Below, piece after piece: positions 24,362-37,991 of a stretch of 64,000 bases of DNA. Under the pieces are notes generated by a model. That model saw nothing but the letters and a program-made list of their open reading frames with translations, was not told the DNA's origin and searched no databases. The translations under genes and the position numbers were made by a program. The stretch is from NCBI RefSeq assembly GCF_036971445.1, contig NC_091474.1:14012001-14076000 (forward strand), written 5' to 3'. Within the stretch, counting starts at the first letter, position 1. Each line of letters starts with the position of its first letter. Source of the stretch: Narcine bancroftii (Eukaryota).

Positions 24362-24759
24362 CCTTCTCCGTTGATTCGCACTTTGTCGTGGTGGAGAAGC
24401 TTGTGTCAACTTGAGATCCTGAGAGTGATGCTGTCTGGAACTACACTGCTCCTGGTAGGGCCACCCATGGTGGTAAGGTCGAGGGTGAGGTCCCTGACAA
24501 AGAACAATCCAACCAAGCCCTCAATGGTGGAACAGGCAGACAAAATTACTCAGAACTCAATGGCTGCAAAGGCGGACGAAGGCTACAATAAATTCATCAG
24601 CTCTAATCGTCGTGGTTTTCATCCCATTGGAATTAGTTGGTTGATTTGTGAAGTATTGTCTGCTTCTTAGAGTACAACATCAAGTACACATTAAACAAAT
24701 ATGCGCACAGGCATCTTCGCTCTGTGGATCAACGGAACGAAGGTCATCATCCTTGACTA
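24362..24759 (+). mobile_element. RTE-derived short non-autonomous element (Expander/BovB-like 5' UTR joined to a probable RTE 3' end)
   Basis: gcactttgtcgtggtggagaagcttg..ctcctggtagggccacccatgg..ggtgaggtccctgacaaaga resembles RTE-clade 5' UTRs (by recall). There is no ORF2 text. It ends gtcatcatccttgacta at an N gap. Confidence 0.55.
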
Positions 24760-24902
24760 NNNNNNNNNNNNNNNNNNNNNNNNNNNNNNNNNNNNNNNNN
24801 NNNNNNNNNNNNNNNNNNNNNNNNNNNNNNNNNNNNNNNNNNNNNNNNNNNNNNNNNNNNNNNNNNNNNNNNNNNNNNNNNNNNNNNNNNNNNNNNNNNN
24901 NN
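24760..24902. other. Assembly gap or masked run (143 N)
   Basis: Run of n. Confidence 0.99.
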
Positions 24903-25641
24903 TAACAACAGATTATGCATATAATCCACAAACAAGAGTTCCTCCTGCTCAACAGAAAATCTGTTGAATTTGTATTTAAATCCTGCAAAGTATCAATTCT
25001 TTTTTCAATCGCACAGAACATTTTTTCCCAGTAAAAAGGTTCAATTTTTTTTTAAAAACAGCAGTGAATTTAACAAATCCATTATACTTATCTATTTGTC
25101 TTCGGGTGCAGTAAACACAGAGCATTGCATCCTTTCATGAAATCAAGAATAAATTTCTGAAAATGCTTTTGACAAAGTTAAAAAAAAGAATAATGGATAA
25201 AGGCAGCAACAATTTTATATGAAGACTTCATGATAATATGTTTGTATGGGATGAATGCCTATTATGTTGGATTACAGTTAATAGACACGAAAAGATATGC
25301 ATAAATTTGGCCTTTATATTACTGTATTTCTGACTCATTTATGAAAGCTTTTGGGACAACTGAAGGAAGGAAATATGCAAGGAAGGAGCTTCACTATGAC
25401 ACCCATAACTAATGTTGGAAAGTTTTGACTAAGGATTATATCATTGGGGGAGTGCACACTTTCATTTGTTTTTCAGTACAAGGTTGGTGTTACTTAGTGT
25501 CCTTCTCACTTGCCTTGGGAAGATTATGGTGGAGCTTCTTTCTGAATTGCTGAGGCCTGGCTGATGGTACATTTGCCAGCAATGTTCTCAGCACAAAACA
25601 TTTAGGAGTAAATAATGGCTTTCGCACGATGAATGTAGGAA

Positions 25642-25832
25642 NNNNNNNNNNNNNNNNNNNNNNNNNNNNNNNNNNNNNNNNNNNNNNNNNNNNNNNNNNN
25701 NNNNNNNNNNNNNNNNNNNNNNNNNNNNNNNNNNNNNNNNNNNNNNNNNNNNNNNNNNNNNNNNNNNNNNNNNNNNNNNNNNNNNNNNNNNNNNNNNNNN
25801 NNNNNNNNNNNNNNNNNNNNNNNNNNNNNNNN
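25642..25832. other. Assembly gap or masked run (191 N), abutting a degenerate (tatt/tcta)n tract
   Basis: Run of n followed by tcatttatctacatatttattaatctac... Confidence 0.99.
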
Positions 25833-27164
25833 TCATTTATCTACATATTTATTAATCTACTTAATTATCTATTTATTTATCAATCTTTACTGTCACATGT
25901 ACCTAGTTACTGTGAAAAAATGCTATCCAGACAAGTCAATCCATACTTTTATTAAAATATTTTATTTTTGATTTTCACTCACACAAAAATGCAAACAAAC
26001 ACGATCTCTTTCTACAATGGTACATAGCATACAGAGTCTATTTTCCCCCACCCCTTTCCCCTCCCTCCCATATCCTAATACAACAAAGAAAAGATTGTAT
26101 AAATTAAACAAATACAAAAACAAAACATCAGCGAAGTCACAAACCCTTAAGTGAACTTATGAAAAACCCAAAGGAACCTAAAATTAAAGAAAAGATGAGG
26201 AACAAAATACAAGGAGCACATCCATCCACACTTGAGTACATTAGATTGTGTAAAAATTAAAAGTGCAGAGTAGAGGGTTATATAATAAAAGTTCAGTTAA
26301 AACAGTGCAAGGACTTAGAGAAGGTGCAACTTTTGATCATGTCATCTGTTCAACAACATGATTGCAACAGAAAATAAACTCAACTTGAATGTGATGTTGT
26401 GGGTTTTAAAAGTTGTGTATCTTCTGCCTGGCAGGAGGGATGAGAAGAGGGTGTGACCAAGGTAGGATGCATAATTTGGAATTTAATATAACAAAGTACA
26501 CATGTTGCATTAGCACAACAGGAAAAGATTAATATGAAAACTTTGACCATTCTGTGAATGTTGCTGCCTCCTCTCTTGTATTCCATTCCCTCTTTTGGCT
26601 CCCTACTCCAAAGTTTGAGGCCTTATTCCTCTGAAGGAATTAATTCAGACTCTAGAGAGAGCAAACATCTGCTTTAAGTCTCTGTCTGAGGTGATATGTT
26701 TCTTTTTCCCATTTCAGGAAAATAAACAGTATTGATGCCCCCTGGTTGCCGGTCCAGACAATCCCACACATCGCGTCGTAAACAAATCATTATGGGACTG
26801 AAAAAGAGCAAGTGGGAATGTTAAGTTTGCACACAGCCTTTCATTAAAGCTGTGAAGGAAGGCACAGTTGGAAATGAAGGATGGTGAATCTTGAATCACC
26901 TCCTGTATATTTTTTTGTTCAATGATAAACACTTTAATTCAGCAAGGAAAATTGATCATAAATGCAATCCATGGTTTTTGCATGGCATTGCTATCAGGTA
27001 TCATCATGACCTCTTACCTTGTGATGCTTGAATTTCTTCTGGCCCTGGGTTGGTGATGGAAGGAACCATCTTTGCCTGACCCTCTCATCATCTGCATGAA
27101 CACTCCCTTCCAGAGCATGACTGGATGCTCATTTTGGTGGAAGCCCTGAGTTTTTGAAACTCGC

Positions 27165-28110
27165 TGACCAAGCAATCTTTAAAAAAAAAGATGCCCCCAT
27201 CCTACTATAGACAATGTCCATTGCCCTGCCCTCATCAATTTTCTAGTAACCTTCTCAATAAACTCAATCTGATTTGTGAGGCAGGATTTCCCATGCATAA
27301 ACTATGCTGGAACCCTTTAATCAGCCCCTGATTTCCAAGATTTCATAAATTAGAGTGGCACACTTAGGGTATCCGTTAGTGCAATGCATTTACAGCGCCA
27401 GTGTCCCTGTTTAAATCCAGCGTTGTCTGTACGTTATCCCTGTGACTGCATGGGTTTCCTTTGGGTGCTCTGCTTTCCACCCACCTTTCAAAACGTATGG
27501 GAGTTGTAGGTTAATTGGAGTATTTGGGCGGCACATGCTGGTGGGCTGGAAGGGCTTGTTATCGAACTGTATGTCTAAATTTAATTTAATTTAAAATTTT
27601 ACATTCCCTTCTGAAGAATTATTTCTTATAGTTTCTCCACTACTGTTGTAAGGTGCATGGCCATGTAGTTTCCTGTCTTATTCCTACCACCCTTCTTAAA
27701 TATAGAAACTATATGAGCAATTTTCCAGTCTTCTGCTACTTCATCCATGTCTGAAGTTGAAGCAAGAATCTCCTTGCCTCCCATAACACCCTGGGATAAT
27801 TTCATCAGGTCCTGGGGATTTATCTCCTTTAATGTGAATAAATAACTCAAACTTCTTTCCTGATACACACAGGCTCCAGTCTGTCAGCTCCATGAATTTT
27901 CAATCCTCCTTATCCTTCTTCCAGATGAATACTAATGGCTAGTAATCTTACACATGATCACCATTCATTGCCACCAACTTATCACAATGATTTCCCTTTT
28001 GGTCCTTGAGGTGACCTACTTTTTTTTCCCCATGTATCCTCTTTCTTGCCATTGATTTATACAAAATGTAGTATTTTTCTTGCATTCTGCTGGCCAGAAC
28101 ACTTTTCTCC
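27165..28110 (-). mobile_element. Decayed CR1 RT fragment with SINE insertion
   Basis: ORF 27626-27868(-): EVAEDWKIAHIVSIFKKGGRNKTGNY..LTTVVEKL, the CR1 RT N-terminal motif. Confidence 0.75.
27353..27600 (+). mobile_element. tRNA-derived V-SINE (HE1-like)
   Basis: gtggcacac head, V-domain gcatgggtttcctttgggtgctctgctttccacccac and a (taaatt/taatt)n tail. Confidence 0.82.
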
Positions 28111-29054
28111 TTTCCGCTTCCTTAAAGGGCGACACCATTACGGGAGCTGTTAAATGAAAGATTATTAAAGTGCCAGCAACCGTGGTCCCTCAGAGCTACT
28201 GTTCCTCAGCAACCTTTCTGTGACTGTCATAATCTCATTATCCCATGTGCTCTCAACTCATCTACTTTGCCTGCAAACTTTGAGTTTTCTGAAGGGGATT
28301 GACATTTTATGTTTTTAAGTTGCAAATAAATTCCTAACCAAAGCAGGGCTAACTTTAAAACTACCTTCAAAAGCAATCCTATTTTATGTGTGCTTTTGGT
28401 AAGAAACATATTACTGTTGCATATTAATGATAAAATTCAGTGTATCTTCGACCTCAGAATGACATACAGACAGATATTACTTTTCCACTCCAAATTATGG
28501 ACAAATTCTAAACTTCTTAGATTAACATGAACCTTCTGGTCTTTATAAATCTGCTTCACCTGGACAACCTAGTTCACTTTTCATTGCATTGTTGGGATAA
28601 ATAGGCACTTTCCGAACAGCAGGGATACATAAATTATTTCATGCATTGACATTTTCAATCCCAGAAGTATTAATAGAAAGAAAATAAGCTGCAGTGCAGA
28701 TGAAAATCATTCAACCCATTCTGCCTATGGTGGCTGTTTCTAAAGGCCACTCAGCTGTTTACATACCTCTGCTCTTGGCCTGAAAGCCTTCCTATCTCAA
28801 ATCTATATGCAACTCCGTTCTGAATAATTGCTATTGTGAAGGTTATTGGAATCCGTTTGACAGCGCATTCCAGATCATTGCCAAGACCTGGTTAAGAAAG
28901 ACATTTTTCTGCTTCTTTCTGGTTCATTCACTGAACCATTTGCTTGCAATTGGGGTTATTAAATCAGCCGCTTGAGGAACTGACTTTATTAACTCTACCA
29001 AAGGCCCTTTGAACATAGTGAGAATAATAAATGAGAATTAATACAGAAAACAAG

Positions 29055-29570
29055 ATTTCTTTATTGTCAAGTAATAAAGACAGTGCAATATTTAAGGATT
29101 TTGCTTTGGTGTGTCATAAGGCTGATTTGCCATTGGCAGAAATTGCCTGAAGCACCTCCTTACAGACAGAGAAAGAGAAGCAAAAGTGAGTCTGCGAATG
29201 TCCGTGGATTCTCCTCCAGCACTGTCGCAGCCCCTGCAGCCTCACCGAGTCCAATCCAATCCATCAGCTTCAGATTTTTTGTTAGAGTACATCTATGAAA
29301 TCACATACAATCCCGAGATTCTTTCTCCTGCGGGCGAGGCAGAATTACCATTTATAGGTAGAGCAAAAAAAAAACTATACACTATGTTCCCAGGTAAACA
29401 GATAATGAAATGTAAACAAACTGACTGTGCGATACAAATAGAATTTTTTAAAAACTCAATTAAGTGCAAAAGTCAGAGTCCTTAAATGAGTCCCTGATTG
29501 AGTTCATTGTTGAGGAGTCTGATGGTGGAGGGGGAGCAGCTGTTCCTGAATCTGCTGGTGTGAGTCGTGT
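29055..29570 (-). mobile_element. Two adjacent Rex1/Babar-type 3' ends
   Basis: 29270-29570 matches the 3' ends at 15150-15420 and 16690-16980 (gagtccttaaatgagtccctgattgag..gaggagtctgatggtggagggg). 29055-29265 is a second tttattgtca-tailed fragment. Confidence 0.7.
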
Positions 29571-29614
29571 GCGAGGTCCCTGTCACTAAATGTGATCAAA
29601 GTAAAGCATTAATG

Positions 29615-30125
29615 ACAAGGATCTCCCAGAAGCCAAACCATTTTAATCCTGCACCCCACTCCTGCCATGACACGTCTGTCCATATTCTTATGTTCTGTCA
29701 AACCTAAACTATTCGGAAATTGGAGGATAAACATCTAATTTTCCAACTGGACACTCTCCCACCTGATGGCATTATCGTCGACCTCTCTAGTTTCTGCTCA
29801 CCTCTCTCTTCCCAATCCCTCTTTTTTATTTCCTTCAGCTCTCCACCCCCTTCCTTCTCTATTCACAGAGCCATCAACCCCTCTCCTTGTTTGCTGGTGT
29901 GCCCTCCTTCGCCTATCCACCGATTATCCCCTGCCTGTGGGGCATATTCCTCCCCCTGCCCTTCCACTCCCCTCACATACCTTGATGAAGGGCTCAAGCC
30001 TGAACCGCTGGTTAAGTATCTTTATCCTTGCTACGTAAAGTACACAGTTTGACCTGCTGAGTTTCTTCAGCATTGTGCTTTTATTTCAATCATGGTATCT
30101 ACAGACTTTCATATTGTACTCCTGA
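29615..30125 (+). mobile_element. Penelope-like 3' fragment with decayed hammerhead motif
   Basis: RKLEDKHLIFQLDTLPPDGI is the C-terminus of a PLE GIY-YIG domain. It is followed by ttgatgaagggctcaagcctgaacc (29982-30006) and the tgacctgctgagtttc terminus. Confidence 0.8.
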
Positions 30126-30769
30126 ACAGAAAGATGTGTTTCACTCTAAAGCAGTACCTAACTAAAGCTGAAAAGGTCCGGAAGTGTGGAAACTTGTGCA
30201 AAGCGAGCAAATCCAAAATAAACCAGACAGTCATCACAACTGTGTCTGTTATTTTCATGTGGCAGCTAAATCTGGTGGAGGTGGAGTTAGCCTCCTCACG
30301 ACTTGAGAGCTGACATGTGTTTTGAATTTTTCACCACATCCTACAAAGGCTATTAGCAGCAAGGCAGATGTTTTCCATTTGTTCTTTTCTTTATTGTTAT
30401 CGACCAGTGGCTAATGCTTTTTGAAAATGTCCTGAGTAATTGTTAACAACGCATCAAGCAGAACATTTAATATACTTCAAAATTGAGCAAACACTTTTGA
30501 GGAGATCCAGAATACATGCACATAAAATATGCGCATGGTAAAGAGAGGGACAAATTGAATTTCTCATTCAAATTGCTGGCAAAGGCATGTTTCTCCGAAT
30601 TGCTTCCTTTTGTGGTGTGATTCTGTGAACTTCATACAGGATATGCCTGACTCCAGCAATTCTAATCTGTCTTACTTTTACCTATCTCTCTCTACAGTTG
30701 AAATAATGCAGCCTGATGAAGGTTATTTAATATTTGTTTCATGTATACTTTCAAAGTTTGGGTAACACT

Positions 30770-31075
30770 GATCCAGTTCCACTGTTTCCATTCACCTACG
30801 CTTTACCTGTTCTCTTTTTACTTTTCTCCACCCCCCACTTACCTTTCACGGCCTCCTGCCAAATCCGCCACTCAACCTCTTCCAGCTTCATTCATCCAAT
30901 ATCTTATAACCTCTTGGCTCCTCCAATCTCATCTTCCCACTTTCATCCCAAGAAAGAGCCTTGACCCGAAACATTGACGGACCATCTCTTCCCATGGATG
31001 CAGTCTGACCTGCTGAGACCCTCCAGCTCTTCATTGTTCACTCCATATTTCAGCATCGACATTTCTTGTGCTTTT
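30770..31075 (+). mobile_element. Older Penelope-like terminal remnant
   Basis: A pyrimidine-rich tract, then agaaagagccttgacccgaaacattgac..gatgcagtctgacctgctgag. Confidence 0.6.
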
Positions 31076-32577
31076 CTTTTTTGAATATTTGTTACCTTGG
31101 GATGATCAACTCCACTTCTCCCTGGCTGAGTTTTGTAATGAATTTATGAGAGTTTCTGACAAAATGGACAGTGGAGGGCAAGCAACCTGATGAATCCCAG
31201 CAATTTTATCGTGGTTTTCTGTTTATTAACAATAAATAACAGATTAAATATGTGTACATAAATAAATATAATCAAACTGACTGTGGCCTGAATCTGAGTG
31301 CAGAGAATATTTGTTTTAAAACTCATCACTCAGACACGGAGTTAAAACATGATAAAATGCCACCCATGGTTGTCAATTAAAACCAAAACGTGTACAGTTA
31401 GGATGTACTTGAAATTCTAATTTTTTTTAAATGTGGGAAGAATTTTGTAACTTTTCTGTATTTTTCTAAGTATGTAGTTCAATTCAATAACTTTGTGCAT
31501 TTCTCCCAATTTTTAGAAGTTTCCTTTGGCTTTTACTGTAATCCTTGTTGTACTGCGTAAAAACAAATTATTTTGTGACCACTGTTGTTGCCTGTTGTTC
31601 CCAAATAATTGCAAATCATACTGGATAGTATTGGAGTATTTTTAATCCCTGATAGGCAGAGATACATTGCAACTGTTCAAAAAGACATTAATGATTTGAA
31701 AAGATTTATTTCATTTTAAAAAAAGTTCAATAAAAACATATTGAACTTTTTATAAACCAGCCAAGAGGCACTGCAGTCCAGTGATCGATCCTGAGTACAA
31801 TATGTGTGGAGTTTGTCGACCACTGCTTGGAGTTTGTATAGTGGCAAGTGTTGTCCAGGAACTGTGGTTTCCTTCAAAATCCCAAAAATGTAACAATAAA
31901 TTAATTGTGTATTTTCCCTTAGTTCAGTTTAATGGCAAGAGGGATTGAAATGGAATGGAAGGGCATGTAAGTGAAAGTCATTTCTAGAGGTATTAGCAAA
32001 TGAGAGTGAATGGAACAAATTGAATTATTCCTTCGGCAGCTGACATGACCCAGTTGACCAGGTGATCACCAAGTACAGGAGAAAGAGAAATAATTAAAAA
32101 CATTAAAATAATTCCTCTTTTCCGACAAAGTCACTAACCCCATTCAGATGAATGGGGATGTTGCTTGTCACACATCTTCCCTGGTGTGAAGCTTGAAGCA
32201 GGAGTCAAGATCTCGTTGAGCTTTCCTTCACCCTGTAGCAAACCTCAACGGGTGAGCCCATCAAATGAGAAGACAGATGATGATCAATGTAATTTGAGAC
32301 TTGCTAAAATGTGAACGAACGTTCCCTGCAGAATGGTTGGCTATAAATCAGCTTGATTCCAGTTGATGAAACGATGGTCAGTGGATGTTGGCCAAGAGAT
32401 GGAGCTATTAAATTAGGTGTAGGAGCAATGTAATTGAGAGAACATGAGATAAAAAGTGGATAGGTGGACCAAACCACAGAGACAGCAGAAGCAACTTGTT
32501 TGACACGAGATATTTAAGTTACAATTGGCAGCTAATATTTCACAGTAATTAGACTTGGGGAAAAATACAATAATAGT

Positions 32578-33330
32578 ACAACAGACTCGCCAAGGCAAAT
32601 AGCGCCTTTGGAAGACTACACAAAAGAGTCCGGAAAAACAACCAACTGAAAAACCTCACAAAGATTAGCGTATACAGAGCCGTTGTCATACCCACACTCC
32701 TGTTCGGCTCCGAATCATGGGTCCTCTACCGGCATCACCTACGGCTCCTAGAACGCTTCCACCAGCATTGTCTCTGCTCCATCCTCAACATTCATTGGAG
32801 CGACTTCATCCCTAACATCGAAGTACTCGAGATGGCAGAGGCCGACAGCATCGAATCCACGCTGCTGAAGATCCAACTGCGCTGGGTAGGTCACGTCTCC
32901 AGAATGGAGGACCATCGGCTTCCCAAGATCGTGTTATATGGCGAGCTCTCCACTGGCCACCGTGACAGAGGTGCACCAAAGAAGAGGTACAAGGACTGCC
33001 TAAAGAAATCTCTTGGTGCCTGCCACATTGACCACCGCCAGTGGGCTGATCTCGCCTTCAACCGTGCATCTTGGCGCCTCACAGTTCGGTGGGCAGCAAC
33101 CTCCTTTGAAGAAGACCGCAGAGCCCACCTCACTGACAAAAGACAAAGGAGGAAAAACCCAACACCCAACCCCAACCAACCAATTTTCCCCTGCAACCGC
33201 TGCAACCGTGTCAGCCTGTCCCGCATCGGACTTGTCAGCCACAAATGAGCCTGCAGCTGACGTGGACATTTACCCCTCCATAAATTTTCGTCTGCGAAGC
33301 CAAGCCAAAGAGAGAGAGAAGAAAGAGAAA
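32578..33330 (+). mobile_element. RTE LINE, 5'-truncated, copy 3
   Basis: Same sequence as copy 2 from acaacagactcgccaagg. Has a premature stop (cga>tga at ~33246) and an AG-rich tail. Confidence 0.96.
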
Positions 33331-33457
33331 GATGTATCAGCAAGAGTGATGTGGGCAGGTTTGTACTGGATGTTATACTGTTGCACTAGACAAGTGCAAA
33401 GTCAGATTTTTTTTCAGAATTGGGGCTATTTCAATCAGTTTATAAATATAATCAATG

Positions 33458-33788
33458 GTTGTTTTTAGACTGCAGGCATGTAACAGCACAGTTAAGGACT
33501 TTTACTGTGACGCGGGCAGTCTAAAAAGGAACGTGCAGGAATTTTAAGTCCACTCCTGCATCACGATTTATCCTGCAGGACTCCCACAACTTTTTGGAGG
33601 AAGCCTGCAGTGCCAATCGTACCGGAAAAAAAATTAGTTATTGTTCATTCACTCTTCTGCACGTAGAACCACTTGTTGCACTCAGGTCCCTGCAGTCAGA
33701 AAAGGCGCCCAGTGTGAATGACCGCATGAGCAATGATGATGTTCATTTTCTTCCGCGATTTTCCAGACATTGCAGACTAAAAAACATG
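33458..33788. mobile_element. Possible PIF/Harbinger-type MITE
   Basis: Imperfect inverted termini tgtttttagactgc / gcagactaaaaaaca, plus an inner gcagtctaaaaagg at ~33516-33529. TSD not resolved. Confidence 0.35.
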
Positions 33789-34199
33789 ACGGATTTTTGA
33801 CGTTGTATGAGTGTGACCCACTTTTAAAATGTACTCTCCCAGAAGAGCTCAGTCACGCAAGTTCTGACAATACATCTCTCCTTGAATTTGCTGCCTCAGA
33901 TTGTAACATTTAGCATAACTGGAGTTTACAGGAGGTAAAAAGTAGAAGCATTCATGTGGCAGATGAGAAGTAGACTAATTAGGACAGTCAGAGTGAAAAA
34001 GAACGAAAGTACAAACAGTTTTACCTTGATACCCAGTGACTGCCTGGTCACAGAAAGCTGAAATTGATGTCATTTTAGATTTAAGAATTAGCAATTTACT
34101 AGAATTGATGGTCTAGTAACTTCCAAATGAGGAAATAAGTGGGGTTATTAATCACTTGAGATTGACTTAATTGTGTAGAAAAGGCTGAAAACAAAATTA

Positions 34200-34610
34200 A
34201 GAATACAGATGTGCATAGTTCCCTACAATGCTCCACTTGCACCCACACCTTCTCCCTCACCATTATTTGGGGCCAGAAACAGTCCTTGAAAGTGAAGCCA
34301 CACTTCACTTGTAAATCTGCAGGAGTCTTCTATTGCATCCAGTGCTCCCGTTGTTGTCTTCTCAACATCAGGGAGACAGGACGCAGACTAGGAGATCACT
34401 TTGTACGTTGCAACCCATTTCAATTCCCTGCCCCAATCCCATGGCCATGGTCTCATCACTGCCAGACTGAGACCACCCACAAAGGAATAATACCTCATAT
34501 TCCGTCTGGGCACCCTTGAAGCAGATGAAGCAGATAACTTCAGTTAGCCCCCACTCCCCAGTTTCTCCCCTCTTCCTATTCCTATGTCTCCTTTCCTCTA
34601 GCTCTGATAT
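34200..34610 (+). mobile_element. Penelope-like GIY-YIG endonuclease remnant
   Basis: ORF 34211-34519: FTCKSAGVFYCIQCSRCCLLNIRETGRRLGDHF matches the PLE motif VIYCIxCxxC..YIGETxRxLxxRF. Confidence 0.85.
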
Positions 34611-36892
34611 AGACAGTCAGTGCAGAGCACCTCTGTGGCCGTTCTCCTCAAAAAATGTGTTGGATACTGTTTGGATTGGGGGTGGTGAGGTAAATGATCT
34701 ACCAGGGAGGGGCAAGTCAAATCTCTAGCACACAGCCTGCCCCTTCAGCAATGAACGAAGGGGGAGAAGAGGAGAGCTGTAATGATTGAGGTTTCAATAC
34801 TTAAAGGAATAGACTGGAGGTTCTGTGCACAAAATGAAGACTCCTGGATGGTATGTTGACTCCCGGGTGTCAGAGTCAAGGATGTCTCTGACCAAGTCCA
34901 CAAGATTCTCAAGCGGGAGATTGAGCATCCAGATGCCATGGTCCATGTTGGTATCAATTACATAGATAGGAAAAGAGATGAGGTCATGAAGAAGAAATAA
35001 AAGCATTTTGGAAGGAAATTAAAAAGCAGAATGACAAAGGTGGTAATATCTGGATTATTGCATGTGCCATGCACCAGTGAAGGCAGATGAATGCATGACT
35101 GAAGAGTTGATGCAGTGGGCAGGGGTTCAGATTTGTGGATCATTGGGATCTCTTATGGGGAAGGTATGATGTGTACAATCTGGGAGGACACAATTCTCCC
35201 TGATGACTACACCTGCAAGAGGTGCATCCAGCTGCAGCTCCTTACGGACAGTATAATGGAATGGGAGCTGGATGAACTTCAGATCATTTGGGAGGCAAAG
35301 AGGGTGATAGTCAGAAGTAAAAAGAAGAGAGTCACACCCAAAAACCAAGAGGCAGCCAGATCAGTGACTGTTAAAAGCCAGTGCAAAGCACCCCTGTGGC
35401 CATTCCCCTCAACAATGTAGACTGTTTTGGATACTATTTGGAGGGTGAGGGGTAAATGATCAAACGGGGACAAGTCATAGTCGTCAGGTCTCTGGCACAG
35501 AGGCTGGCCTATCGGCTCAGAAGAGGAGAGATCTAGAGATTGGGGATATGATAGTTAGGGGAACAGACAGGAGATTCTGTGCACAAGATCGAGACTCTTG
35601 GATCGTATGTTGGCTCCCAGGTGCCAGGATCAGGAATATCTCAGATCGAATCCTCAGCATTCTCAAGCAAGAGGGTGAGCAATCAGATGTCGTGGTCCAT
35701 GTTGATATAGATGGGAAAAGGGATGAGGCCCTGAAGAGGGAATATAGTTATGGTAGTTGGAAAGGAAATTAAAAAGCAGGACATCAAGGGGGATAATCTC
35801 GAGATTGCTGCTTGTATCACATGCCAGAGAGGGCAGGAATAGAAAGTTATAGCAGATGAATGTGTGGCTGAAAATTAGAAGTGGGAGCAGGGGCTTAGAT
35901 TTGTGGATTATTGGGATAGCTTCTGGGGTACAATCGGCGAGGACACAATTACCCCTGATGACTACATCCAGCTGCAGTTCCTTACAGATAGTATTATGGA
36001 GTTGGAGTGGGAGCTGGAGAGGGTTGCACCTGAACAAGAGGCGAACCAAAATCCTGGTCGGCAGGTTTGCTAATACCTTTGGGGAGGGCTCAAACTAGTT
36101 TAGCAGGGATATGAGAACCAGAAAACAAGGGCAGAAAATAGAGCAGATGGTGAAAAGGTTGATGTTGATGCAATGTGCAGTGAGTTTGTGAAAAAGTATA
36201 GGCAGTGGAGGGCGATTAAATATTGTCAGCAGGAGGGTCTGAAATTTTTTTTTTAAGTGCAAGGAGTATTTGGAATAAGGGAGATGAACAGAGAGCATGG
36301 ATCAGTATGTGGAATTACGATGTTGTGACTTTTACAGAAACTTGCCTGTCACAAGGACTGAATTGGCTGATGCAGATACCTGGGTTTAGATGTTTTAAAA
36401 GGGATAGGATGGGAGGTAAAAGAGTGGGGGGGGGATGTTGTAGTGGCATTATTTATCAGCAATAGCATTACAGGTGCAGAAAGGGAGGATGTTGTGGAAG
36501 TAATGTCTTCTGAGTCAGTGTGGGTGGAAGTCAGAAACAGAAAGAAAGTGATGAATGTATTGGGAGTTGTCCACAAATAGCCCTTGGGACACTGAAGAGC
36601 AGGTGAGGAGGCAGATTTGGGAATAGGGCAGAAATAACAGTTTTGATGCTGTGGGACAACTTCCCAAATATTGACTGGCAGTTCCTGACTGCAAGGGACA
36701 TTGATGGGGCTGAATTTGAAGTGAGTCCAAAGAATTCCTGACACAGGAAGTGGACCAGCTGACTGGAAGTGAGGCCATACTGGATCAAGGACGGTGTAAT
36801 GAACTGGTCAGGTGACAGACCTCTCAGTAGGTCAGCATTATGGTAAAAGTGACAACAACACCCTAACCTAGTTATGGACAAGGACTGGAGTA

Positions 36893-37462
36893 CAGGTGCT
36901 CCTCGATTGTCATTCTGACAAACCCATCATCAGTTGAAAAACTAAGTCAAAGAAGAATACTGTACTGTACCTACCAAATATCACAGCCTAGTCTAGCCAA
37001 CCTTACTGTAGCCTACAGCTGGGCAAATTTATCAAAAACAAAGCCTATTTTATAATTAAATGTTGAATTTCACACTGAAAAAAACAAATTTTAATCATAA
37101 AATATAGTGATAACTTATAGCACAGGGAATACTTAAGGTGGAATGTGATTTTTTTTTAAAAAAAGGTTACCCACCCCTGTTCTATACTAACCTCAATTTG
37201 ACCAAGGTCCCTCTCTCTGGTGAACATTGAAGGAAAGTATTCGTTTAAGACTTCCCTGCTTCCAGGCAGATGTTGCCTCCTTCATCCTTCAGTTCTATTT
37301 TTCATGTATGCATAGAATGCCTTTGGGTTTTCCTTAATCCTATTTTCCAAGGCCTTCTCACACTCCTTCCTAGTTCTCCTAAGTCCTTTCTTGTTTCTTC
37401 CTAGCTACCATATGAGCTTTGAAAAATCGTAAGTCAGATCATTGAAAATAGAGGAACATCTG
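36893..37462. mobile_element. Tigger-like MITE in CR1, carrying captured local sequence
   Basis: TA TSD (36891-36892, 37463-37464) and TIRs caggtgctcctcgatt / aatagaggaacatctg. Confidence 0.75.
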
Positions 37463-37991
37463 TAGTTAAACTGGAAAAGTTTTTAATTGGGGAAAGGCTA
37501 ATTATGATGGGATGAGGCAGGAACTGGGGAGTGTAAATTGGGAACAGATATTCTTGAGCAAAGGCACAGAAGCAATGTGAAGGATGTTTAGGAATCACTT
37601 GCACTTGGTTCAGGATAGGTTTGTCCCACTGAGACAGGAGAAAGATGGTAGGAGAAAGGAACCATGGCTGACAAAAGAGGTGAAACAGCTAGTTAAAAGA
37701 AAGAAGGAAGCAAAAAACGGGAAGGGCTCATGAGAAATATATGGTAGCTAGGAAGAAACAAGAAAGGACTTAGGAGAACTAGGAAGGATAGCGAGAAGGC
37801 CTTGGAAAATAGGATTAAGGAAAACCTAAAGGCATTCTATGCATACATGAAAAATAGGATGATGAGAGTGAACATAGGGCCACTGAAGGATGAAGGAAAC
37901 AACATGTGCCTGGAAGCAGGGAAGTCTTAAACGAATACTTTCCTTCAATGTTCACCAGAGAGACCTTGGTCAAATTGAGGTTAGTATAGAA

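Noticed and set aside
20652-25955. ORFs containing long X runs (also 55497-55926)
   Set aside because: They read through N gaps and show no coding evidence.
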